From: an archaeon
GTDB lineage: Archaea > Iainarchaeota > Iainarchaeia > Iainarchaeales > 1-14-0-10-31-34
Length of the DNA stretch: 26,393 bases
Reading direction: 5' to 3'
NCBI GenBank assembly: GCA_043819075.1
Contig: JBDRFE010000041.1
Location: forward strand, 1 to 26,393
Every line of letters begins with the position of its first letter. The stretch's first letter is position 1. The notes below the pieces were generated by a model. It worked only from the letters and a program-made list of their open reading frames with translations, made no database searches and had not been told where the DNA came from. The position numbers and the translations under genes are program-made. Shown piece by piece: positions 7,058-15,870 of this stretch.

Positions 7058-8503
7058 TTATTCTGGTATTAATCCAGTGCATCTCCAGTTAATTTCAGCT
7101 GTTCCTGTTTCCTCTGAAACAACACAAGCCGGATTGCATCCTTGTTTTTTTACATTCAAGTCAATCCACCATGTTTTGCTGTTTTCATTATAAGTTGTGT
7201 TTTCTTTTAGCTGTCCTTCCTGAATGCATTCACTTTCCAAAGCAATTTCTCTTGCCTGTTCTTTTGAGAGTTTCATAAAAGAAACCTGCACACATTTTTT
7301 TTCAATACATTTTATTGCAAGGTTTCCTCCAATTCCTGAACAAAAATCAGGGCACTGCTGTGTTTCATCAACAAACTCTTTGTTTCCAAAAAAACATTCC
7401 CTTGATTCTGTGTCGACTCCGCAACCACAATCAGAAGCCTGTTCACAGAAGTTCTGTTTTCCGTCGCTTTTCTGATTCCAGACAACATTAACTTTGTCGG
7501 TTTTTTCAACTGAAATGACTGCAAAAGGCTGGACTGTAATCTGGGTTATTGCAGTGCCTTCATCTGGTTCAGTGTAAATTTCTTGTGCAAAAATCGTTAA
7601 CTGTTTTCCTGAAAGCATTACTTTGCTTATGTTCAGGCTGTATTTTGGATTAAACTTTTCTCCCAAAAAAACTGCAATAACTGTTTTTGATTCAAAGTCT
7701 ATTATAGGAAGCTCTGGAACAGGAGATTGGTTTAAATAAATTTTAGTGTATATTTGGATTAATTCTTCCGGCGAGTTTGCAACCTCAAAACCTTTTTCTG
7801 TTACCCCTGACTGGGTTCCTTGTTCAATCAAAGAAAAATCAATTTCTTTTTCACCAGGTTTTTCTATTCTTCTTTCATTGAACTCTTTTTCTGCGAGGAT
7901 TTTAATTACTGGCTTGAGCTTGTATGTGTTCCCTGTTTTGATTACTGATTCAGGAGAAAAATCAATTACTAATTCAGTTGTTTTTCCTGCTTCAATTGAA
8001 AAGTTTCTCACTAACTTTATTTTATCTGACGGCACTTCAACATCAAATGTTTCGCCGTTGATTGTGGCTTTCACTTCTTTGACTGCAAGCCTGATTTGAG
8101 TGTATTTTCCTGCGTCAAGCTGTTTTTCTCCAAGCAATGCTTTCAGGCCTTCGCTTGATTTTAATGCCATTAAATCAAAGGTTTTTTCTTCTGAAGAAAA
8201 AACAATCCAAGAAGCATTTTGTTCTGTTTCCTGTTCAGTTTCATTTCCATTGCCAGAATTTTCATCTGAATTCAAATCAGAATTCTGATTTTCATTTGTT
8301 TCCTGGTTTTCTGTTGAAATCCTATGCACTTCAATTGAAGAAATAGTTACATCCAGTTTCTCTAATCCTTCAACTTCTTTGTCTGTAATGCTTAAAAGAA
8401 GGTTCCCTGTTTTTTGCTCCGGCTTCGGAGGGTTAAACGGATCAACACACCCTGCAAAAAGCAAAATTAATGAAATTAATCCTATTACAATAAATTTATT
8501 CAT
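7058..8503 (-). CDS. Multidomain lipoprotein: DUF4382-like domain, PrcB C-terminal-like domain and two Cys-rich modules
   Basis: Lipobox LLFAGC; LSITD...VTISSIEVH...GKYTQIRL...VPSDKIKL...LVIDF...YKLKPVI (DUF4382 pattern); PIIDFESKTVIAVFLGEK...TQITVQPFAVISV (PrcB_C pattern); C-terminal CNPACVV...INWRCTG; GAGGTGA SD upstream. Confidence 0.85.
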   Translation of the reverse strand: MNKFIVIGLISLILLFAGCVDPFNPPKPEQKTGNLLLSITDKEVEGLEKLDVTISSIEVHRISTENQETNENQNSDLNSDENSGNGNETEQETEQNASWIVFSSEEKTFDLMALKSSEGLKALLGEKQLDAGKYTQIRLAVKEVKATINGETFDVEVPSDKIKLVRNFSIEAGKTTELVIDFSPESVIKTGNTYKLKPVIKILAEKEFNERRIEKPGEKEIDFSLIEQGTQSGVTEKGFEVANSPEELIQIYTKIYLNQSPVPELPIIDFESKTVIAVFLGEKFNPKYSLNISKVMLSGKQLTIFAQEIYTEPDEGTAITQITVQPFAVISVEKTDKVNVVWNQKSDGKQNFCEQASDCGCGVDTESRECFFGNKEFVDETQQCPDFCSGIGGNLAIKCIEKKCVQVSFMKLSKEQAREIALESECIQEGQLKENTTYNENSKTWWIDLNVKKQGCNPACVVSEETGTAEINWRCTGLIPE

Positions 8504-8670
8504 TTCTTTCTCACCTCAAAAATAATATAGTAATAAATTCTTGTATCAAGTCCTTAAAAAAGATTCCTGAATTTGAAGTAAAAAACCTTAAAAACTGCCT
8601 TTTTCAAAAGGCAAGTAACGCTTTTGCAGTAAAGAATAAGATTAAAAATCCAAAATTACAATAATTTATA

Positions 8671-8943
8671 GGGTAGTGGAAGACCGGCTGACGGTACCAT
8701 TTTTCGAAATGGAGCTGAGGAAAGTCCGCTCACTCATTCCAAAAAAAATGATTCCGAGAGGAATTCCTGGAGAGCAGAAACGATACCAACCAGAAATTAC
8801 AATGACCTTTAGTGAGATTTTCTGGAAAAAGGATGAAACGTGCTTCAGGTTAAACAGAACTGAAATAAGTTCTGGGAGTGCAAGCCTTTAAGGCGCTAAG
8901 GTGAATGCCGGCAGAACAGAAAGCGGCTTACTCTCCACAACCC
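8671..8943 (+). ncRNA. rnpB: Archaeal RNase P RNA (compact, about 273 nt)
   Basis: GAGGAAAGTCCGCT (from 8718) pairs with ACAGAAAGCGGCTTA (8916-8930) to form P4; P1 GGGTAGTGGA/TCCACAACCC; P2 CCGGC/GCCGG; conserved GCAGAAAC and TGAAAC segments; P5 CACTC/GAGTG. Confidence 0.95.
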
Positions 8944-9056
8944 CAAAACCTTTTAAGAAAAGGTTTATCAAAAAGTACGGCATAAAGCCGTACGAAAAAA
9001 GTTTAATCAAAAACAACTTTTCCAAAAGTTGTAACAAAAAAGTTGAGTGATGCATT

Positions 9057-9353
9057 ATGCCTATGATGAGAGAAATTAAATTTCCTGAACCAACCAAAGA
9101 AATTATTTTAATAAGGGAAAAACTGCAAAAGTTTGGTTTAGGAACAGTCTCTGAAATGATTGCAAAAACAGGCAGTTTTCAGGGAATAGACAGGAATACA
9201 GTTGAAAAAGCAATTTATTCGCTTGACAAGAAAAAAACTTTAACCCAAAGAATGCTCAGAGAAGAAAAAGACCCTGCAAAAATCCAGGTAATAAAAAAAG
9301 CCATTGAAAGCGATGAAAACGAATTAACTTTTTTCAGGGACATAATAGATTAA
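9057..9353 (+). CDS. Hypothetical protein (98 aa, helical)
   Basis: ATG ORF with host-like codon usage; GAGTGA SD-like sequence upstream; no motif recognised. Confidence 0.7.
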   Translation: MPMMREIKFPEPTKEIILIREKLQKFGLGTVSEMIAKTGSFQGIDRNTVEKAIYSLDKKKTLTQRMLREEKDPAKIQVIKKAIESDENELTFFRDIID

Positions 9354-9506
9354 AAGCCAAAAACACAGCCAAACCAAACAAAGGCTGAACCGGATAAAAT
9401 AACTTTTTTCCTGTTTTGCTGAAAGCAAAACAAAAAAAACTGCAACCAACAAATTTAATTACTTTTACTGCTTTTAAATTATAGAATGCAATGAACAGGC
9501 GATGAA

Positions 9507-12161
9507 ATGAGTGTCTCAAAAAAAGAATTAAAAGAAAAATTTGCCGGAGAATGGACTAAACACTACAAGCTGGATTTCTTTAAAGAAAAAGGTTTTACCA
9601 GAAAGCAATGCAAAAAATGCGGGGTAAATTTCTGGACTTCAGACGAAAAAAGAGAAGTGTGCGCTGACTCAAGCTGCGTTGGATACGAGTTCATCGGGAA
9701 AAAAACCAAAAGCTTTGATTACGTTGAAACATGGAGGGAAATAGAAAAATATTTTGCAAAACACGGCCACACTTCAATTAAAAGATATCCGACTGTTTCA
9801 AGATGGAGAGACGACCTATATTTTACCAATGCATCAATAATCGATTTCCAGCCATACGTAGTTAACGGAGAAGTAGAGCCTCCAGCTAATCCATTGATTG
9901 TGCCACAAACAAGCATCCGTTTCGGCGACGTAAACAATGTTGGAGTAACTGGAAGGCATTACACTTGTTTTGTAATGTTTGGGCAACACGCATTCAACAC
10001 AAAAAAAACAGGAATGTTTTACTGGAAAGAAGACGCAATAAGAGACAACTATAATTATGTGCTAAACGTTTTAGGCGTAAAAGAAAAGGATTTAGTGTTC
10101 CAAGAAGAAGTCTGGGCTGGCGGAGGAAGTTTTGGGCCATGCATTGAATACTGTGCCAACGGAATTGAATTAGGGAATATTGTTTTCATGCAATACAAGG
10201 ACATGGGGAACGGAAAATACAGGGACTTAGAAACAAAAGTAATTGACATGGGAGCAGGATTAGAAAGATTAGCATGGTTTACTAACGGAACAGCAACAAG
10301 CTATGAAATAACTTTTGGCAAAGCAATCCAGGACATGAAAAAATTTACCGGAATAAAAATGGATGAAAAAATGTTTTCAGATTACGCTAAACTGGCTGGA
10401 GTGCTTTCAAGCGATTTAAAGGATTATGAAAAACAAAAAGAATTAATCGCAAAAAAAATCGGCGCAGGAAAAGAGTTTTTCTCTGAACTAGAAAAGTTAC
10501 AGGCATTGTATGCAATAGCTGACCATTTAAAGAATATTCTTTATACAACCAATGACGGAATGCTTCCATCCAATTCAGGCGGAGGATACAATTTAAGGAT
10601 GCTGTTAAGAAGGGTTTTTGCATTCAACAAAGAATTCGATTTTAATCTTGATTACGGAAAAATAATTGAAAATCATGCATTTCATTTAAGGAATTTAGAC
10701 GAAGAAATAAGCGATGGAGTAAGAACTGCAGCAGAAATAACTGAAGAAGAAGAAAAAAAATATAATGCAAACAAAATTAATGCAGAAAAAAAATTAAGTG
10801 CAGTAATAGAAAAAGCTAAAACAGAAAAAAAATCAATTGATTCAACTGAATTAATGAAATTATATGAATCAGACGGCATTGCACCAGAAACAGTCAAAGA
10901 AATTGCATTAAAAAAAGGAATTGAAATTAATGTGCCGCAAAACTTTTACCAGATGATTGCAAAAGAAGATGAAATAGAAAAAGAAAAAGGAAGAGAGTTT
11001 TTAGCTGACTTTGAGAAAACACTGCCATTGTATTACGAAGACAGGTACATGCAGGAATTTCAGGCAAAAGTACTGGGTTCAATAGAAAATTATCTTGTAT
11101 TGGATAAAACAGCTTTTTACCCTGAAGGCGGAGGCCAGGCAGGGGATACAGGAGAAATAAACGGAGTGAAAGTCCTTGACACACAGCAACAGCACGGCGT
11201 TGTATTACATGAAATGGAAAAAATTAATTCGTTCAGGAAAGGAATTACTGTAATAGGAAAAATTGACTGGAAAAAAAGATACAGCATAATGAAACACCAT
11301 ACTTCAGCGCACATACTTAATGCCGCTGCAAGAGAGGTTTTAGGCAACCATATATGGCAGGGCGGAAGCAAAAAAGAAGAACATAAAGCACACTTGGATT
11401 TAACTCATTTCAAAAAAATTTCTCATGAAGAACTCAAAAAAATCGAGTTAAATGCAAACAGAATCATTCAGGAAAACATTGAAATAGAAAACATTGAAAT
11501 GGACAGGAATTTAGCTGAACAAAAATTCGGCTTCAGGCTATACCAGGGAGGGGCTGTCCCTGGAAAAAAACTGAGGATTTTAAACATTAAAGGCTATGAC
11601 GTTGAAGCCTGCGGGGGAACACACTTAAAAAACACCGGAGAAATCGGATTGTTCAAGATAATCAAAAGAGAGGGCACAAAAGACGGAATTGAAAGAATTA
11701 CTTACACAGTAGGATTAAGTGCTGTAAGGTTTATACAGGAAAAAGAGGATGCAATTAAAGAAACAGCTGAAGTACTGTCTTCGCCTGAAACAAAAATCGC
11801 TGAATCAGCTAAAAGAATAATAGAGGACTGGAAAAAATTAAGAAAACAATTAAACAAAGGGCCAGAAACAGAAATAAAAGTAAAAAACCCTTCTGGAAGA
11901 AATTTTGTTTCAGCCGACGAAATGCCTGAAAAAGCAGTTATTGCTTTGGCTGACAGGCTTGCAAAAGAAAATCCTAAAGCAGAATTTGTTTTGGTTAACG
12001 GAAAAGAAGTTATTGTAATTGAAGGGAATCAATCAAAAGCCAGTGCAAAAAAAACCCTGCAAGAAATTTTTTCAAAAGCAAAAGGAAAAGGCGGGGGAAC
12101 AGAAAAAATTGCAAAAGGAAAAATAGAGGACAGGGCTGCACTGGACAAAATGAATAAATGA
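9507..12161 (+). CDS. alaS: Alanine--tRNA ligase (archaeal type)
   Basis: Archaeal N-terminal CKKC...C..C zinc region; RWRDDLYFTNASIIDFQP, GRHYTCF, DMGAGLER, HHTSAH and ACGGTH editing motifs; C-terminal GKGGG. Confidence 0.98.
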   Translation: MSVSKKELKEKFAGEWTKHYKLDFFKEKGFTRKQCKKCGVNFWTSDEKREVCADSSCVGYEFIGKKTKSFDYVETWREIEKYFAKHGHTSIKRYPTVSRWRDDLYFTNASIIDFQPYVVNGEVEPPANPLIVPQTSIRFGDVNNVGVTGRHYTCFVMFGQHAFNTKKTGMFYWKEDAIRDNYNYVLNVLGVKEKDLVFQEEVWAGGGSFGPCIEYCANGIELGNIVFMQYKDMGNGKYRDLETKVIDMGAGLERLAWFTNGTATSYEITFGKAIQDMKKFTGIKMDEKMFSDYAKLAGVLSSDLKDYEKQKELIAKKIGAGKEFFSELEKLQALYAIADHLKNILYTTNDGMLPSNSGGGYNLRMLLRRVFAFNKEFDFNLDYGKIIENHAFHLRNLDEEISDGVRTAAEITEEEEKKYNANKINAEKKLSAVIEKAKTEKKSIDSTELMKLYESDGIAPETVKEIALKKGIEINVPQNFYQMIAKEDEIEKEKGREFLADFEKTLPLYYEDRYMQEFQAKVLGSIENYLVLDKTAFYPEGGGQAGDTGEINGVKVLDTQQQHGVVLHEMEKINSFRKGITVIGKIDWKKRYSIMKHHTSAHILNAAAREVLGNHIWQGGSKKEEHKAHLDLTHFKKISHEELKKIELNANRIIQENIEIENIEMDRNLAEQKFGFRLYQGGAVPGKKLRILNIKGYDVEACGGTHLKNTGEIGLFKIIKREGTKDGIERITYTVGLSAVRFIQEKEDAIKETAEVLSSPETKIAESAKRIIEDWKKLRKQLNKGPETEIKVKNPSGRNFVSADEMPEKAVIALADRLAKENPKAEFVLVNGKEVIVIEGNQSKASAKKTLQEIFSKAKGKGGGTEKIAKGKIEDRAALDKMNK

Positions 12162-12167
12162 AAAAAT

Positions 12168-13991
12168 TCATTCGATATAGTTTGTTTTTACTTCAATTAC
12201 TCCTTTGACTTTCTTCAGTTTTTTCAGCAGGGCATCAAATTTTTTATGATTTAACACATTCAAAGTAAAAGAAAATTCTCCAATCATTTTCTCATAATTT
12301 GTTTTTACTTCAGCTGAAAAAATGTTTGAATTAAGAGAAACAATAACTTCAGTTAAATCCTTGAGCAAGCTAATCCTGTCAACTGCCTTTACTTCAAAAT
12401 TAACTAAATGAATTTTTTCTTTCACTGATTCTTTTCCTTTAAAATGCTTTTGTATTTCGTCCCTGGCTTTAGCTGAAATAGCAAAGTTTTCCCAAACCTT
12501 TGAAACTCTTTTCTTTTTTCCAAACAGCATTTCAACCAAGTCTCCGTTGCTTAATTCATGCCATAAAGGAACAAGCTTTCCGTTAACTCTTGCTTTCACT
12601 GCCTTTTCAGCTGTTTCTTTGTCAACTGCAAAAGCAAAATCAATTATTGAAGCTCTTTTAGGCAGTTCAATTAAGTTACCGCTTAAAGTGAAGACAAGAA
12701 TTCTTTCCTGCAGGTAATCAGATTTTAATACATCAATAAAGTGTTTTGTTGGAAGGTCATCAAAATTAATTGACATTAAATTATTCAAAAAAGAAAGGTT
12801 TTTTTGGAATACAATCGGATCGGCTTTTGATTCCCTTAAAAGTTCTGACACACCTTTTTTAACAAGGGCATCCATTTGTTTTGTCCTGATATAAACTTTT
12901 ATCGGAGAATGATTTGGTCCAATAACAGTTGTATGAATTGACTTATACAAGGCAAACTGTGATATTGCAATATGGTCCCTGAACTTTAAAGGCACAGGAG
13001 AAAAAGTGTTATGCAATAAACCCAAAAACTCATAGCATTCTTCTCTTGTTTCAGCTAAAGCAACTAATACAACATAATCCTGGACTTCATTAAAAGACTT
13101 TAAATTCTGGGTCATTTTCTTGAATACACTGTAAACTGTTCTCCTGTACTTTGAAAAAGAAATTTTCAGGCCTGCTTTCTGGAGCTCTGGCTCAAGCCTT
13201 TTAATAACCAAATCCATTTCAGCTTCTTTTGGCTTAAGATTCTTCAAGAGCTTGTGCTTTATTTTTGCATGAATTTTTGGCTTCACTATCTTAAAGCAGA
13301 TTTTCTCGAATTCATCTTTTAATTCATGCATTCCGAGTTTTTTTATTACAGGAACATAGAATTCAAGCACATTAGCCGCAATCATTGCTTGTTTTTCTTT
13401 TGGCAGGAAATTAATTGTCTGCAGGTTATGGTATTTGTCTGCAAGCTTTATCAAAATCACTCTAACGTCTTTTGTTGTAGCAAACAATATTTTCTGCAAA
13501 GTGACATTGTATTCTTTTCTATCACTCATTGAAACAATTTTTTTTAATTTAGTTAGGCTTTCAACAAGCAGGGAAACTTCTTTTCCAAAAATATCCCGTA
13601 TTTCGCTGACACCTGTTTCAGTGTCTTCAATTATGTCATGCAATAAGCCTGCAGCAACTGAAGCTGCATCCAAATTAAGTTCAGTTAAATAAAATGCTGT
13701 GCTGTAAGGGTGAACAAAATACGGGTCGCCTGAAATTCTTTTCTGTCCTTTATGCTTTTCTTTTGAATACCAAAAAGCCCTTGAAATCAGTTCTGAGCCA
13801 AGCTCTTCATGAGGCGCTCTCTTAAATATTTCAAGCGCTTTTTTCAGTATTTTTCTCCTCTTTGAATCAATTAAAGCCCTTCCAAACAAGCCTGTTTCCT
13901 GTTTGTTATAAAAATAATAATTTCTTAAAAGCTTTTCAAGCAATTCATTGTAATTCAATCTCTTTTTTTCCATAAAAAAAACCTTTTGCAT
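12168..13991 (-). CDS. Long RelA/SpoT homologue: HD hydrolase + degenerate synthetase + TGS + ACT (predicted hydrolase-only)
   Basis: HKGQKRISGDPYFVHP, LLHDIIEDT and IKLADKYHN (HD); YSVFKKM, CYEFLGLLH, YKSIHTTV and IRT (synthetase fold); VFTLSG...DFAFAV...VNG...GDLVE (TGS); AVDRISLLKDL (ACT). Confidence 0.92.
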   Translation of the reverse strand: MQKVFFMEKKRLNYNELLEKLLRNYYFYNKQETGLFGRALIDSKRRKILKKALEIFKRAPHEELGSELISRAFWYSKEKHKGQKRISGDPYFVHPYSTAFYLTELNLDAASVAAGLLHDIIEDTETGVSEIRDIFGKEVSLLVESLTKLKKIVSMSDRKEYNVTLQKILFATTKDVRVILIKLADKYHNLQTINFLPKEKQAMIAANVLEFYVPVIKKLGMHELKDEFEKICFKIVKPKIHAKIKHKLLKNLKPKEAEMDLVIKRLEPELQKAGLKISFSKYRRTVYSVFKKMTQNLKSFNEVQDYVVLVALAETREECYEFLGLLHNTFSPVPLKFRDHIAISQFALYKSIHTTVIGPNHSPIKVYIRTKQMDALVKKGVSELLRESKADPIVFQKNLSFLNNLMSINFDDLPTKHFIDVLKSDYLQERILVFTLSGNLIELPKRASIIDFAFAVDKETAEKAVKARVNGKLVPLWHELSNGDLVEMLFGKKKRVSKVWENFAISAKARDEIQKHFKGKESVKEKIHLVNFEVKAVDRISLLKDLTEVIVSLNSNIFSAEVKTNYEKMIGEFSFTLNVLNHKKFDALLKKLKKVKGVIEVKTNYIE

Positions 13992-15703
13992 TACATTCTT
14001 TCAAGAACCTTTATTCCAAGCAAACTCAAGCAATTTTCAATCACAACCGAAGTGCTTTTGACTAATGCAAGCCTTGAATTCATTAAACTCTTTTCTTCAT
14101 TTAATACATTGCATTTCTGGTAAAAAATGTTGAAAACAGAAGTTAACTCTAAAAGGTAATGGCATAAAATGTGCGGCGCCATTAACTCAGAAGAAGAAAA
14201 AACTTTTTCAGGGAACAAAGAAAGAACTCCGATTAAATTTTTTTCTTCTTGGGTTAAAAAATTAAAAACAGGTTTTTTTCCTGAGTTTTTCTCTGCCTTT
14301 GCCAGAATGCTTTTGCATCTTGCAAAACCATACTGAATGAACGCAGAGGTTTCGCCTTCAAATGAAATGCTTTCCTCCGGAATAAAATGAATGTCTTTAG
14401 CTGAATCGGTTTTTAATAAAAAGAACTTTATTGCACCCAAGCCGATTGCTTCAGCTCTATTGCTTAATTCTTTTCCTTTTAACTCAGGGTTTCTTTTCTT
14501 TATTTCTTTTTCAGCCATTGAAACTAATTCTTTAATCAAGTCGTCTGCGTCAACAACCTTTCCTTCCCTTGACTTCATTTTTCCTTCAGGCAGGTAAACC
14601 ATGCCGTAACTGTAATGCAGGCATTTTTTCACCCAATCAAATCCAAGCAGTTCAAGTGCCTTGAATAACTGCCTGAAATAAAAATTCTGTTCAGATGCAA
14701 CAACCCAGATGTTTTTATCCGGATTGAACTGCCTGAATTTTTCAGCCGAAAGAATTAAGTCATTGGTAAAATAAATTGAAGTTCCGTCATTCCTTAAAAC
14801 AACTTTTTTTCCCAAATCAAATTTTGTTAAATCAACCACAATGTTTCCTTCTTCATCTTTTGCAAAAACTTTTTTTTCTAAGCCTGATTCAATTATTTTT
14901 TTTCCTTTATCAAAGTACTCTGATTCCCTGTAAATTACGTCAAACTCTGAGCCGAATTTTTTGTATGTTTCAAACAATCCTTTAATGCTCCAGGAACTCA
15001 TTTTCTTCCATACAGCAATTGTTTTTTTGTCTTTTTTCTCCCATTTCATTAACAGTTCAGCTGCTTCTTTTTCAAGTTCAGGGTTTTCTTTTGCTTTCAG
15101 GTTGAATAAAACATAATAATCTCCTACAAAATGATCTGATTTTTTGTCAGGCTTTTTTCTTTCACCGAATTTTTGGTATGCAAGCATTGACTGTGAAATA
15201 TGGATGCCCCTGTCGTTTATCAAAATTGCTTTCACTGCCTTAAAGCCATTTGCTTCAAAAATATTGCTTAAGCTCATTCCAATTGAGTCATTCCTTAAAT
15301 GGCCTATGTGAAGGGGTTTGTTGGTGTTAGGGGAAGAATATTCAATCAAGATTTTTTTTCCTTTCCCAATAGAATTAAAGCCGAACTTACTCTTTTTTTC
15401 AAGGATTTCAGGCACAAGATTGTTTGCAAGAAAAACGTAATCCAGAAAAATATTAAGGTAAGGGCCTTTTGTTTCAGTCCTTTCAATAAAAAGAATTTTT
15501 TTTAAATCAATTTTTTTCTTTAATTCAGAAGCAATTTCTTTTGGATCTTTTTTTAGTTTTCCGGCTAATTTAAAGCATGGAAAAGAATAATCGCCTAATT
15601 CTTTTGAAGGAGGCACTTCAATTAATTCAAGCAATTCTTTTTCTTGAAATTCTTTTCCAAGCACTGAAAGCAGTTCAGCCGCAAAATTTTCTTTTAAATT
15701 CAT
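13991..15703 (-). CDS. argS: Arginine--tRNA ligase
   Basis: GDYSFPCF, EYSSPNTNKPLHIGHLRN (HIGH), GKMKSREG, FIQYGFAR and terminal ERM. Confidence 0.98.
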   Translation of the reverse strand: MNLKENFAAELLSVLGKEFQEKELLELIEVPPSKELGDYSFPCFKLAGKLKKDPKEIASELKKKIDLKKILFIERTETKGPYLNIFLDYVFLANNLVPEILEKKSKFGFNSIGKGKKILIEYSSPNTNKPLHIGHLRNDSIGMSLSNIFEANGFKAVKAILINDRGIHISQSMLAYQKFGERKKPDKKSDHFVGDYYVLFNLKAKENPELEKEAAELLMKWEKKDKKTIAVWKKMSSWSIKGLFETYKKFGSEFDVIYRESEYFDKGKKIIESGLEKKVFAKDEEGNIVVDLTKFDLGKKVVLRNDGTSIYFTNDLILSAEKFRQFNPDKNIWVVASEQNFYFRQLFKALELLGFDWVKKCLHYSYGMVYLPEGKMKSREGKVVDADDLIKELVSMAEKEIKKRNPELKGKELSNRAEAIGLGAIKFFLLKTDSAKDIHFIPEESISFEGETSAFIQYGFARCKSILAKAEKNSGKKPVFNFLTQEEKNLIGVLSLFPEKVFSSSELMAPHILCHYLLELTSVFNIFYQKCNVLNEEKSLMNSRLALVKSTSVVIENCLSLLGIKVLERM

Positions 15704-15870
15704 TCAACCCAATATAAGCTTGAACAAAAAAGTTAATAAAAAATGCTTTAACTGTGTTTTGCTTCAAAGCACGGAATTCAACAAGATTTTTATAGCAGGC
15801 TTGTTTTTTATCTTACAAATTGCTCTTTAAAAACACAAAACATAATAAGGTTAAAGGCAATAGTTTTTAC

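Noticed and set aside
8946..9045. Repeat-plus-palindrome units as a mini-CRISPR
   Set aside because: Only two short imperfect repeats, the intervening segments are themselves palindromes, and no cas genes are present.
8676..9097. ORFs 8676..8891 (+) and 8888..9097 (-)
   Set aside because: They overlap the RNase P RNA gene, its trailer and the next gene; translations are not protein-like.
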